Below, piece by piece: positions 1 to 12,900 of a stretch of 64,000 nucleotides of DNA. The first letter of the stretch is position 1. Each line of letters starts with the position of its first letter. The stretch covers positions 8,494,001 through 8,558,000 of the forward strand of contig CM060733.1 in NCBI GenBank assembly GCA_030704615.1. The letters are read 5' to 3'. The notes under the pieces were generated by a model. That model saw only the letters and a program-made list of their open reading frames with translations, made no database searches and was not told the origin of the DNA. The translations under genes and the position numbers were made by a program. The DNA comes from Takakia lepidozioides. Lineage: Eukaryota > Plantae > Bryophyta.

Positions 1-2047
1 GCGTCCCATCCTTCTTGTCTGCGAATAGCACCGGGGCTCCGTAAGGTGACTTACTCGGCCGGATGTACCCCTTTGACATTAGATCCTTGAGCTGAGTCTT
101 CAACTCGACCTACTCCCTGTGGCTCAACCAGTAGGGTGCCTTGGCAGGCGGTTCCGATCCCGGTATCACCTCAATCTTGTGGTCAACTCCTCTTCGCGGT
201 GGCAAGCCGCTTGGTAAATCCTCCGGCATCACATCCTGGTATTTCTCCAAAATCCCCTTGATCCAATCTGAGCTCGGCTCCCCATCGCCTTCTCCTTTCA
301 CTTCTCTAATGTAAAGCAAAAACTGGGGCTCGTGTGCTTCCTCCACGGCCCACTCCCTTGCTGACAGAAGGTTTATTCGCCCTCCCACGGATTTGGGCGT
401 TTCCGACACTCGTAAGACCTCACCACCATTCCCACATGGCAGCGTGACTACTCTCTTGCGGCCATTTATGACCGCTCCGGATTTGCTCAAAAAGGTCATC
501 CCCAAAATGAGATCCACTCCATTGATCGCGCAGATGGTGAAGTTCTCACGTCCCTCCCAACTCCCCAGTTGAAGAGGAACATCAAACGCCAACCTTGTCG
601 CCAACTGTGGTTCTCCTTTGGCAGAACGCACCTCAATAGAGGCCCCCACGTCACTTGTCGGGAGTCCCAACTTTCGCGCCGCCGCCGACGCCATGAAGGA
701 GTGCGACGCTCCTGTGTCCACCAACAACGACACGTTAGTTCCGGATATTATCCCATCCACGAACAATAACTGACTCCCTTTACGCAGGGCGCCAGTTTCC
801 TGATACAACTCACAAGAATAGTTGCCCACCTTGCAAGTCCTGGCGACCACCGCTTCCACCAAGTGACTGATGGTATCTTCCGACAGCTCCGTGGTTGCCC
901 GAGTCATGTTCAATTGTCGAGGTTTCGTGCACTTCTTGGCCATGTGCCCGGGCTCCCCGCAATTGAAACACACTCCATCAAAGGTTGCATTCTGTCCGCC
1001 ATAAGCCGCTCCACCCGCTTTTCCTTTCGAAGCACCGAGTGCCGCCTTGACGTGTGAAGGCCCTCCCTTCGATTTCCACGTGCCATTGTCGCCGCGTGGC
1101 CTATCCCACTTCTTTTCCGGTCGGAAGGAGTCACCTTCCCGCCGGGTCTTCTTATGGTTCAGCTCCGTACGGCCTTGTCTCTCACCCCTAGGGACATCCG
1201 AGAAACATTCAGCCCTCTCAATTGCCTCATTCAAAGTCTTGGGTGGCTTCTCCTCCAACTTTCGTCTGGCCCATGGGGCCAGTCCCGCCACAAAGTTGAA
1301 GACCATTTCTGGTTCTGCCATGTCCGCAACTTCGAGCAACAGCACATTGAAAGCCTGGACATACCCCCGAATGTCATCTGTTTGCTTCAAATTCCTCATC
1401 TTGTCCCGGGCAAGCCAGGACGCGTTGAGGGGCACAAACTGTCTCTTCATCAATTCTTTGAACCCACTCCAGTTCAAGGTTTCCGGGCTTGGACCTCGGT
1501 CGTGAAGACGTTTCTGCCACCATTGTTGAGCATAGCCCCTCAAATAGGTAGGAGCCACTTCCACCCGATCCTCGTCACTCAACTTGGCCCCCCGGAAGTA
1601 CTGCTCTAGCTCCAGGAGCCAGGTGTTGAGTGTCTTCCGATTTTGGACACCTTCGAAGGTGTCGGGTTCCTTAGGCTTCACCTTAAACTTTGCCTTAGTG
1701 GAAGTGGCTTTAGCCGCCTTCAACACGTCTTTCAACGTCCCGCCAAACTGCGCCAACAACCATTCCCAAAAGGCTGCCGGCATGGGAGGCATCTCTTGGT
1801 TTGTCGGAGCTCTCAAGGATTCCTCGGGCTCCGGATTCCTCCCGCTCTTGAGCGGCCTCGTTTTCGGAAACACGCATCGCTTCCTCAAACGGCCGCCTCG
1901 GTGACACGTCGCCCCCATCGGGCTCACCAGGATCATCATCTTTTGGGCCGTTCCGCTTTCGCTTCGGCTTGCCCGACCCCATGATGAGGCCAATCCCAAG
2001 GACGATCGCGTACTGAACTCTAAGCTCTGATACCAAGTGTCGCGCAC
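1..2047 (-). mobile_element. Ty3/gypsy LTR retrotransposon gag-protease-(RT start); runs off window; in-frame stop just before RT
   Basis: ORF 110-2047: retrotransposon Gag, CCHC knuckle (CFNCGEPGHMAKKC), aspartic protease LVDTGASHSF, LPPRRGVDHKIE. After TAG at 110-112 the frame continues [35 protein letters not shown] (RT N-terminus). Confidence 0.95.
2024..2035 (-). promoter_or_regulatory. Primer-binding site, tRNA-iMet (TGGTATCAGAGC)
   Basis: GCTCTGATACCA on + strand, 2 nt from the LTR end. Confidence 0.95.
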
Positions 2048-2765
2048 CTCACTTCGGTAAGCTCCTCCTCAAGTCATAGTTACTCGCTTTGATGCGCGCG
2101 CCTGACTCCCAACCGGCCGCCGGGCCAACTTGGAGCTTTGGCTGCTCACCGGGGCATAACGGTCCCCCTTTGTTATCCCAAAGAACCCTCCACTGATTTG
2201 GAACCAGCGGGAATTCCCTTTGGTAGTTGGCAGTTCGGAACAGCTCCCCACTCTTTGGTCGCTTTCCGGCTCGCTCGCTTACTCACTAGTTTTTGGTCAC
2301 CAACGGGCTTGCACCGTTCTCGGGGTTACTACTCCCCCTATATATACTTCTGTAGCTGTCCGCGGGGGTTTCACAACCAGCCATGCCATTTTATGGCGAA
2401 CCACCACGAAAACCCTCGACTCCCGGTGATGAGTCGCGGTGAGTCTTGGCCCACTCACCACGGCCCTTATGGACCGTGATGAGTCCCAAGACTCCCCACG
2501 ACTCCCACCACGAGGTCTCCGCCCCCATGGTGAGTCCTATGTCACCCCCACTAAGTCCCGCTAAGCTACCACCACCCCTTGTGGAGCCACCCCCACCGCA
2601 ACTTGGTATGCGGGACTCCACCTAGTGAGCGCCTCCGCTTCCCTGAGTGCCTTGGGCACTCAAGGGTGCTTCAGCCCCCCATACCTATCGCTGCCGCTGC
2701 CCCCACCACAGGGGCAGCCCCTCATGTGTCCCGACCCCCTGCCCTCAAGGCAAAGGGCCGCGACA
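2038..2765 (-). repeat. 5' LTR (728 bp) of the gypsy element
   Basis: Terminal inverted ends TGTCGCG...CGCGACA, adjacent to PBS, TATA-like run near 2339-2346; host PPR sequence resumes at 2766. Confidence 0.9.
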
Positions 2766-3128
2766 TGTCGTGGAATTCGATGATTGTAGGATATACACAG
2801 CAAAGGCGCGGGATGGAGGCTTTGGAGACCTATGAGCAAATGATGTGCGAAGGGGTGAAGCCCGCGCTTTGCATTGCATGATGTTGAGGAAGAGCTTAAA
2901 GAATCGTCTCTTTGCCACCACAATGAGAAGCTGGCCCTTGTTTTTGGGCTTATCAACACACCCTCTGGGATGTCTTTGGGGATCATCAGGAATCTTCGGA
3001 TGTGTGGTGATTGCCACACAGCCACCAAATTCATCTCAAAGATAGCTAAACAAGAGATTGTTGTACGGGATGCAAACCGCTTTCACCACTTCCAAAATGG
3101 TGTTTGTTCTTGTGGGGAGTATTGGTGA
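2766..3128 (+). pseudogene. PPR-DYW RNA-editing factor pseudogene, 3' part
   Basis: PPR motif [32 protein letters not shown] joined out of frame to DYW domain [41 protein letters not shown]. Confidence 0.9.
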
Positions 3129-3259
3129 AATGAAATGGTTGTCACCTAATTGAATGTATTGAACTCTATCAGCTGCGAGTCAGGTTGGACTCCTACAATG
3201 GCAGCAAAGGTGTACGAAATCTCTTTTTGGAGAGGAATTCTCAACAGTAGGTTTTGAAC

Positions 3260-3492
3260 ATAATTGGACCTTGCGAAGGTTGAAACTATAGAACAAGTTC
3301 AGAAACTGTCCTAGTTGATGAACAGAGGTGCAGTGACTAGGTCTTGATGATCTTCAAGAAGGTCACTCTCTGATGAAAATACCCAGGACTGTATATCAGA
3401 AAATGGAAACTTTCTTCAGGCCTCTTGCACATCGGGATTGACAATGTCCCTTTCCTCTCTGCATCTGATTATTGTTCAAAGTGAGATTCCAC
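3260..3492 (-). mobile_element. Old, diverged fragment of the RTE-X-like LINE 3' region
   Basis: 3375-3490 aligns by eye to 11290-11406 (ggacagtgtatcagaaaatg...ccctttcctctctgc..tgttcaaag). Confidence 0.65.
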
Positions 3493-3624
3493 AGCAAGTT
3501 TTATCGAGGGCAAACCGATTTTTTTAATTAATTTATTATAATTTATTCTATTTTTAAATGATAATACAAAAACATACATATACATATTTGAGGGTATTTT
3601 AAATTATTGAAAGGGAAATATACA

Positions 3625-3866
3625 TACAGTAGGGGGTACTTTTTTAAAATTACAAATTTCTATATATTTACAGGAGGGGGTTTTATAATCTTCAAAATGT
3701 ATGTACAATAGGGGGTACTTTTTTTAAATTACAAATTTCTATATATTTACAGGAGGGGGTTTTATAATCTTCAAAATGTATGTACAGTAGGGGGTACTTT
3801 TTTTAAATTACAAATTTCTATATATTTACAGGAGGGGGTTTTATAATCTTCAAAATGTATGTACAG
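3625..3866. repeat. Tandem repeat, 3 x 79 bp
   Basis: Units start 3625, 3704, 3783 (tacagtagggggtactttttt..cttcaaaatgtatg), near-identical. Confidence 0.95.
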
Positions 3867-3940
3867 ATGGGGTATAAATGATCCAAATTGTAGTGTAAAT
3901 TACTGTGTGACTCAGAACATTGTAACTTCTAGCCGTGTAC

Positions 3941-5451
3941 CTGATAGCATTGATTTATGCATATGCATCGTCGACAACAAAAGCATTTGGCCTCCAATCT
4001 GGTTTGCTCTGAAGAAGTCGGTCGCGAAGACGTTTCATCCAGTGGCTCATGTCAGTCGTTTTATTTCTCGCTGATATAATATAAGCAACAGGTATGCATT
4101 TGAGCCATTCGTCAAACACCATCATGGTATACATTGGGAACTGCAATGTTGCAATGGTACAAAAATGAATAAGGTGAGTGTTGTAATATTGGAAACAGTT
4201 GCATGGCACTCACATTTCAGAATGCAATGAAAGGTAAAGCGTGACACGAATACCTTATTTTCGTTGGTCCCAAATGTTGCATCGCAGGATATCACACGGT
4301 TGTGTCCCAGGTCGATCATTTTCTGTTTTTGCCACTCCGTTTGTATTCCAATCACGAACTTCAAATCACCCGCCACTGGCGCTGTCTCTTCATGGTAGAA
4401 GAAGACGCTTTCAGGATTGCTATCGACCCACATACGTACACTTTGTGCATCATCTGGATGTTTTTTGTAACTCTCAATCGTAAGCTTGTCGGCAATGTTT
4501 CTCACGTCGTACTCGAACAAGAAACAATCGCGACTCCACTCCATGCCTGGCTGAGACGCACAAGCTTCCTGGAGCTGTTGAGTGTGTTGTGTCATAATCA
4601 TAGCTGGAGGTAGACCACTGCGAAGACTATCGACGATCCACTGTTTCATATCTTGGCTGAGACGAGGGGCATGCACGAATCGCGTGAAATGGGAAGAGGG
4701 GTCAGCTGAACCATGACATGGCTTTCCTTTTGCATCCACATGTTGTTTCTGGATGTATGTGATGATTGCCAACTCTGGATCTAGAAAACACTGGCCAACT
4801 TTGAAGCTACACGTATACCCACGTTTGTATGACTCTCCGAAATCCGCTACCTTACGTCTGATTCGCTTGACTGGTTTTTGATTATCAGAGGCTGCTATCG
4901 GTTTTTCTTTCTTCTTCACAATCGGCGGGTCCGTGCGCCTATCTACCGGGCCGTAGCAGTAGTGGTACCTGCAAAGAAAGCATACAAAGCGAGGAGGGTT
5001 ATCGCCATATACGACTTTGCTAGGCCAGCAGAAAGAAGGGGCTGGGAATGTTATACAATCCTCGTAAGTGACTTACTTATGCCACTGACGATAACTGTTT
5101 GCACGCGGTGTCGTCAGATCTGGCAACTCACGGTACCTTCGATCTTGAACATAAAATTGGGTCTTCCCATCCACTCTACTCCTTTCTCCCTCTAGAAAAT
5201 CAGGAATGCGAGACCATGGAACGACAGCTACTTTGATGGATATCCGTCTCCCCTTTTCCCTGGGAAACGTGGCGTATCCAACGAAGGTTTGTGTGATTGA
5301 AAAGCCCGTCTATGGGCAGCTGTAGGATGCATTTCAAATGAGATACCAAATGCTGCAAATGACAGAGTTCTCCTACCTCGTCTTTCAAACCATTTGATTC
5401 CAATGCTGCTTTGCGTTCCTCGTCTAGCACCTTCGCGGCAGCACACGCCAT
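3941..5451 (-). pseudogene. MULE transposase / SWIM-zinc-finger family (At4g13970-like) pseudogene, 3'-truncated
   Basis: VPWSRIPDFLEGE, YCYGPVDRR, KRGYTCSF, ISCDATFGTNENK|FPMYTMMVFD..IPVAYII..FVVDDAYA*INAIR. Introns 4969-5076 and 4141-4253, frameshift near 5240, TAA at 3955-3957, no SWIM exon downstream. Confidence 0.8.
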
Positions 5452-5686
5452 TACCGGCAACAGTACCACCAGTACAGTACAAAATCGTAGAACACACACG
5501 GGCAACGCAGCGGAGCCCTCGGGACCGCATGACGTCTGCGCATCCGGTGAAAATGACGCGCGATGATGGAGTTACATGTGGGTTTTGATGTCACCGAATC
5601 GTGTAACCCAGGTTTGAATTCAAAATATCTGACACCTCTCGGAGCCTGCCAATTTTTGTCAGGCACCAAGGGGCTACACGAACATG

Positions 5687-6449
5687 GGTGACATGCGTTG
5701 GGGATAAAGGATGGGGTGACACGAGCTAGGAGTGACACGATCGGGGGTTACACGGAGGGGATTGACACAGTATCGGGGTTACATGATGGGGTTACAATGT
5801 GAGAGTTACACAATGAGGGTTACACGAGACAGAGTTACAAGGGCTGACGTGCAGAGGGTTACAGGGATGATGGGGTTACACGAGGAACTGTAGTTACACG
5901 GAGAGGGGTACATGGGATAACATGATACAAGCTTGCATTGGGGTTACATGATGCGCGTTACATATGGTGGGGATTACATGGGATCACATAATGGGAGGGT
6001 TACATGATGCGGGATAACATGGAGTGAGGGTTACACCCCGCGGAGTAACAGAGGGTTACATGGGTTACAAAGGGTTACAGAGGGTCATGGGGTTACATGG
6101 GTTACAGAGGGTCACAGAGGGTTACATGGAGTGAGGGTTACATGGGGGTGAGGGTGACACTCTGCGGTGTTACAGAGGGTTACATGGTGGTGAGGATTAC
6201 ACCTGGTGAGGGTTACAGAGGGTTACATGGAGTGAGGGTTACATAGGGGTGAGGGTGATAATCTGCGGTGTTACAGAGGGATACACGGGTTACAAAGGGT
6301 TACATGGTGGTGAGGGTTACACCTGGTGAGGGTTACAAAAGGATCACAGAGGGTTACATGGAGTGAGGGTGACACTCTGCGGTGTTACAGAGGGTTACAT
6401 GGTGGTGAGGGTTACTTACAGAGGGTTACATGGAGTGAGGGTGACATAG
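5687..6449 (+). repeat. G-rich degenerate GGGTTACA minisatellite with higher-order blocks
   Basis: Dozens of GG(G)TTACA/GGGTGACA units; block gggtgacactctgcggtgttacagagggttacatggtggtgagg recurs about 3 times. Confidence 0.95.
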
Positions 6450-6509
6450 GGAAAAATTTGAAGCAACCGAACCGTTATGAAAAAAATCAAATAACCGCCC
6501 AACACTGGT

Positions 6510-6719
6510 AAATTCCCTGTTTTCTCATGGATGAAATCGCCAAACTTCTCCAAATAAAATAAAAATCTTGGATGAATTTACCAAATATGGATGATATACA
6601 TGGATGCAGTACAGAGGAGGATGATTCTATCCAAATTTCATTGGATGAACAGAAAATATGGCTATTGCTTGCAAAACTCAGTAGCCTGTTATTTTCCAAA
6701 TTTTAAAAACAAAACACTG
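6510..6719 (-). mobile_element. hAT-like MITE copy (family of 35914-36226)
   Basis: Reverse-complement similarity to 35914-36226 (ggatgattctatccaaattt..ggatgaacaga..atggctatt); ends in CACTG. Confidence 0.7.
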
Positions 6720-6907
6720 GTGGGGATCCAATCCACCCTTTTGTAAAAGGGTCCCTTCCCGGGGACCGGGCCCGCCCTGAGGTTGTGTAGGGCGAAGACG
6801 TCTTCCTCTCGTTTCCCGCTTCTCTTCTCTGTGGTGCTGGGAGGGAAGCAGCGGCATGGGGTGAATTGGATGCATGATCTGATTAGGTATGAGGAGAATC
6901 TTCAAGT

Positions 6908-9900
6908 ATGGAGAGCGCAACTGAAAACTACTCGGAAGATTGGCTCCAAGACAGTCCGCCCCGGCTCGTTGCACCTGCTCCCAAAAGGTTCCATGTTCTG
7001 ACTGTTATTCTTCTTGCATTGTACTATTGTTGCTTCATTAGGTTCTGGTTTTCTCTCTCACACTCGGCTTACTTGAAGTACATTTGGTCTACGGGCCTCG
7101 TTTGAAAACGGGACTCCAATTCCGTGTCACTTGACGCCGACTTGCATGTTCAGGCCACTTTCTTTCCCTGTCTGTGTATGCGTATCTGTTTGGAGGTGTG
7201 CATGCATTCACATATCTGTGGTTGGCGAATGTGTGTGCCTGTATGGAAATTCAAGGAGACCAATTCAGGTTCGTACATGCTCCTAACATGTCTAAAAAGA
7301 AAGAAGGAATTATTGACGTCCACAGAGGGACATAAGGGGTTATTCCAAAGGGGAGAAACCAATAACTAGTTCAGAAGACATCAAATGTTGCTCCAACTCG
7401 AAGTGCATCAAGCGTTCAATGCTGAAGGACTCCGCTGTCGACTAGGAATCTCTAAGGGGACAATAATATCTCCCTCAGATGCAGAACAGGAGAAGAAAAG
7501 CGGTGCTGTGTTTCCACTCCAGCATCGTGCAGACTGAACAGATTGTAGCCTCTCATGTTTGGTCTCTAGGCCCATTTCCCATTTCAATCCGCAGCCTCTG
7601 AGAGTCGACTCGGAAGGCGCCTAGGGAAGTCCTCAAGAGATAAGAGGAAATGGTTATGCGATTATTCGCTATTTCGAGGGAATTGTCTCTTTACAATTTG
7701 AGAGTGGTTTTGAGTTGTGCCCCATGTTCGTTTCGCAAACTTCCTTAAACCTTCTCGAATCATCCTGTTCCTCTCCTTCTACGGAAAGGATGACCTCAGG
7801 TGGTAGGTTGAAGGGTATTTTGGCGTTGAGATGTGCATAAGGGGTTGAACAACAGGTTTTTCATCCTTGCGAGGAGAAGCCTGTGATTAGGTCAGTCCAG
7901 GGGGCTGGGACAACTACTTAATCCTTGGGGGAGGTGTAGTGAGTACTGATTACAAAATGGGTTTGACAGGAAACGCAAGCTGATCAATCTGGATGACATT
8001 CTGTCGTTGAACCACAATGAAAATATCAAGAAACTAAAGCAAGAGAACCGCAAAATCTCTAAAAAGCCGAAAAAGCCCGATAAGCCTGATCTTTACAGCT
8101 CTTCTGACGAGGACAGTGCAGATGAAACAAGAACAACAAACCCGGACATTCTAGAGAATCTGGAAAAACAGGTACATTTTTTCTATTCTCTTGTTTGGTT
8201 CTTTCTCTTTTCATTTTCTTTCCATTTCATTTCATTTCATTTTCTTTTCTTCTCTGGTTGTGGCAGCTGGTTGTTGGGGACCCCACTTTTCTGTTCTCTT
8301 TCCCTTTGAACAATAAACTCTTTGAACTTCTTGTGGACATTATAACGTATCTCCCTTTCGTTCTTTCAGCGTATCTACAGGAGGCTCTTAGAGACTCTCT
8401 TGAAGCTGAAAAGTTATGTTTGGGCTGTTTGTTGAGAGCCCCACATTCTTTCTTGTGTCCTGCTTTCTTTTCTCCCATAAGCTCTTTGAGCTTTCCATGG
8501 ACGGAATAAAGTGTCATTTCATTTCATTCCTTTCTTTCCCTGTTAATGTATTTCCTGTATGATTCTTGTACAACAGGTGAATGATGGAGGTGTAGCAGAG
8601 GAAGTTGACCTGGAATGGGGCCAGACAGCCTTTGGCCCGCAGGTTGATCTGTTCAGCCGTTTTGAGATGAGAATTAGGGCTTTGTTTTCACTTGGTTTGA
8701 CAGAACTTCCATTTCAAAGATTGTTGAGCTATAATTTGTGCTTGCTGGAAAAGAATCTGGGGTTTGAGGTCAGCACTCACTTTGGTTGAGAAAGGTTACT
8801 TCAAATGATAACGTTGACGAAGTACTTGGTATGCAAAAGAAAAACACCAGATGGTATTTTTTAGCTTTTGGATCATTTACCTGCTCATTCAGTAAGTTTG
8901 AGACTTGTGTCTACCACCATCCAAGCTGCCAAAATTCCATCCTGTTAAACCCTAGGGTAGTGATTTTGGTCACTTTGTTTGCCAGGGACTGCTTTCTGAT
9001 GCTAGATATGTTCCAAGTTATTTTACACCTTCTACTGATTGGTAAATCATTTGCTTCTATCAGTACATGTGCCGTCAATCTCTTCCCAACGAATGTGTTT
9101 CAAACCAACTTGATTGAATTTTCTTAACAAGTCGGTCTGAGATTGCCCTCTAAAAAACTCCATTATTGGATTGTTTCAGAAGGAGGCTCCATTTTTGGCT
9201 CTATCTGATACTGATGGTGGGCTGGTAGGACGAGCGTTGCAGAAAAGACCAGAGAGAGGTATTATTGTAGTGCAGCATGTTGTATGTGAAGATGTCATGT
9301 GAACCCTATGGTCTTAGTTCCATCCTCCTGTATATAGGATTGTTAATGTTAGGGATGCACTCTGGGCACCAAATTATGTTCAGAAAGCTGGCAGCCATTC
9401 ACTTCTTTTCGTTTCGACTTCTTTGGACGTTTGCCAAAAATCCTGAAGCTGGAGTTGGTCAAAGGGTCAAAAATACCAGTTGTCTTTCAATGGGGAAATC
9501 ACTCAGAAACGAGCCTGTAGTGATGCTGGTGATTGTGTCAGGAGTTTGAGTGACATTGTTGGATGATGTTTTAAGATGATGTTTCAGGAACTGAAATTGA
9601 CTACTGCTGCAGATTTGTTCTGGTTGTAGGCAAACTGTCAATTGAATGTCTCAGCCAAGAAGTAGTTTGACCTCGTCCTTTCAGCAACTGTTGTGTTTAG
9701 GGGCAATCATTATAGTTAAGTAGCTTGAGTTGGCTTCGCAAAACCGTGCTTTAAATGTGGCTGTATTTTGTCTGCTTCCTTCTAAGGATGTTACACGCAG
9801 GTTCAATCATCAAAGACTGGTGCTTCACGGTTCTAAACCAATTTTCCATTCTACTTTCCAGGACCGAAGTTTGCTTTGGAGTTATTGGCTGGCACTGGAT

Positions 9901-12900
9901 TTCTTCGGTCATGGGCTCTTTGTCTTGACCACTGTGATGCCACTACAGTGCGCTGGGCCTTCCACCAAAGTAAGGAGTCTTTAAATTCTCTCCTCAGTTC
10001 TGTGTAGTAACAGTTCTACATTGCTATAGTACAACTTGCTTAATTACAAGCATCATCCGGCCTAGCTGTAAGTTTTATTTTTGAGGTGATAGTTATGGTG
10101 TTGATATGACCCCATCAAGGGCCTACCCCCTTCCATGTTGTTACCGAGGTGTTGCTATGACCATTAATTGATACCAAGTCGCTTTTCGTCCTTCCAAACA
10201 TAAACTTTTACTGACTTGGGCTATGGAATCTTTGTTCAACTCAAGTAGTAGTTAATTTTTTGCTTAATGCAGTGGTTTATTCAAAGGAGGAGGGTGTGGA
10301 GAGGGCAGCTTGTAAGCTTTTGTGTGACTTGGTCATCCATAGTGATAAGGTATGCTTCTCCCCATTGTACTTCTACACCATACTCACCCTCAGTCAGTTA
10401 CTCTTTGTTTAAATAATGGTAGTAAAGCAACTCAGACATTACACGTGTGGAGAGGGCAGCTTGTAAGCTTCTGTGTGACTTGGTCATGCATAGTAACAGG
10501 TATGCTGGTCTCCACTCTACCCATGCTGTACTCGTCCCTCACTCATTTATGGGCAGAGTGTAGGATCTCTAATACATTGGAAGTGATTGATGTTTTTGAA
10601 TAAGCCTTAGTGATTTGGTGAACATGTTCCTATTTAGGAAGTCTGGTGTACTAGATTCTACATTTCTTAAAAAGAATTAGTGAATTTTTATGGGCCGTCT
10701 TCTAGTGATTTTTTCCTATGATCAATAGAGACAGGGAGAAATGAAATGAAATGAAATGGTACTTTATAACGTCCGCGGAAAGCTCAAAGAGCCTATGGGA
10801 CAAAATGGAGAAAAAACATGAGAGAGGAAACAAAACCAGAGCCAAAAAACAGCCCAAAAGCAACTACTGCTCAAGGGATTGTCTAAAGGTCAAGGCCTCG
10901 TGCAGGTAAGCAGACAAAGAAAGAAAGAGAAAAAATTAAGTTTGTATATCATGGCCGAGAAAAGATTGTACTCATAAGACGTTGTTTGCCGTAGCCTTGT
11001 GGCCATTGACCCCGCGCCCAGTTTGAGCGGGAACAAAAGGGACAGAACCTACCTCTGTCAGGGGCTGACGTTGGTAGTAAGACTTACCTCCATATATAGA
11101 ATTAATCCGGGTTTTCCAGATATCCTCTAGAAATCCCTTCACACAAGCATCAATCTGCTTTGTGTGATTTGCCCAAAAACTAGGCCTCAGGAGGGCCTGG
11201 GCTTTTGGCTCAGCCTCGAGACTTTCAAAGTTGGTAAACAGGGGTACAGGCACAATACTTAATAGATTTGAAGAGAGATCTCTTTGGTGAGAGAACCCCG
11301 GACAGTGTATCAGAAAATGAATACTGTCTTCAGATTGCCCACACAACGGGCAATTGCACTCTCCCTTTCCTCTCTGCTTCTGTTTGCTGTTCAAAGGTAG
11401 GCTTCCTGCCCTGAGTTTAAATTTCAGTCTAGTGCCGAGAGTGGGTAGACCCTTGAGGTCATCCAAGATGTCCTCCCCCATGTCACAGACTGGAAACAAG
11501 TTCAGGGAAGTTTTCTGCCTAACTTCATTTTCATCAGACAATCTCATGGCAACAGATATGGCTGAGGACACTACAGCCTCTAAGTCAGATTTATCCAGCA
11601 GGGTCAAGACTTGCGGATCCAGGTCCAGGTCCTTGAGGATCTCTTCTACTCTCTTCTGCCAGGACTTAGCCTGTTTGACAGGGCGGTCCTGTTTCCAAGA
11701 TATAGAGTCGATTAACTTAGGATATCTGGTGTTGGGCATATGTTGCAGCTGACCCCACCATCTGACCTTGAATTCATCTCATCGGGAGCTTAAGGACGGA
11801 ATGCCAAACTCACCCCGAACAGCCACATTGGCTGTTTTGGAGCATGCTGACATACACTCCTTAAGCACCCCCACTTGAATGGATTCTAGAGACTTAGCCT
11901 GGTTGGAGTTATCAACCCATATAGCAGATCCGTACTCCAAGGCAGGTCTAATAACGCGACAAGAAAACGACGAGAAAAGAGATTGAAAGAGAGAGCAAAT
12001 TCACACTCAGCATCTGATACCTTCAGTCTTGGGTGTTTCAGGTTGAGGGTCGTCCTTGCAAGCTGGATTGGATGCCCTCCCTTGACGATTTGATGTCGAC
12101 ATTTTGGGTCTATGGTTACTTGGGTATCCCTGCCAGTGGTGAGATCGTGGATGCATTGGACGATGCCAACAACAGTGGTGAGACATGAATATGCACTCGC
12201 TAATGTGTCTAAGTTTGCATTTGGCAGGTATGCCTAAAGCAAGTTGTTCTCTCGCTTTTCTGCAACTCTTCACACTGCCAATGCAATCACAGCAATTTGT
12301 GGCATCTATGGAAGTGAGGGAGCTGGAGTACATTTTGTTTTCTAGGTAATTTATAATTATAAATATGTATAAAATTGAGCTATTATACTACACACAATTT
12401 GAATATTACGTCTGGTGGTCCCAAGCGTTAGGGCAATTTCAGGGTGAGTCTCCATACATCAATAGATAAAACCCTGGGACTGAAACTGGGAGAATTGATA
12501 TCCTGCAAGGCCTTTGCCCTTGAGGGTATATTGTAGCCAACTTCTAGGTCGTCAGTGCATCCTCTCTCTTGGACCCGTGTATGTCACACTACCCGAGTCT
12601 AAAATAGAGACTGATTCCCAATTTGTTTTTTGGTGTCCTCTGAGACAGACACTATTGTCTCTTTATTGACTCCTAGTCTTAGGCAAATGCTTTCAGCTTA
12701 GAGGACCCAGAATGTCTGGCATCTTCCCTGCATGAGGCACCTCATCTTCGGGCAATGTTTGGTGCATTGTTATGCGGTTTCCTTTCTTTGTTTCTGTCTC
12801 TGCCCAGTACTTAAGCTGCACATGTCGCCTCAATCAAGTTAGGTAGAGGTATGATCTCAATGTAGTTGCATACATCAAGACTGAATCAATATGTTTGTTG

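Noticed and set aside
110-112. Programmed gag-pol readthrough stop
   Set aside because: It lies after the protease at the RT start, not at the gag/pol boundary; likely a nonsense mutation.
569-2036. Overlapping antisense and alternate-frame ORFs in gag, and the many short ORFs elsewhere
   Set aside because: Shadows of GC-rich coding DNA or random intronic ORFs with no motifs.
5687-6449. True interstitial telomere
   Set aside because: Unit is not TTTAGGG/TTAGGG and is interleaved with complex spacers.
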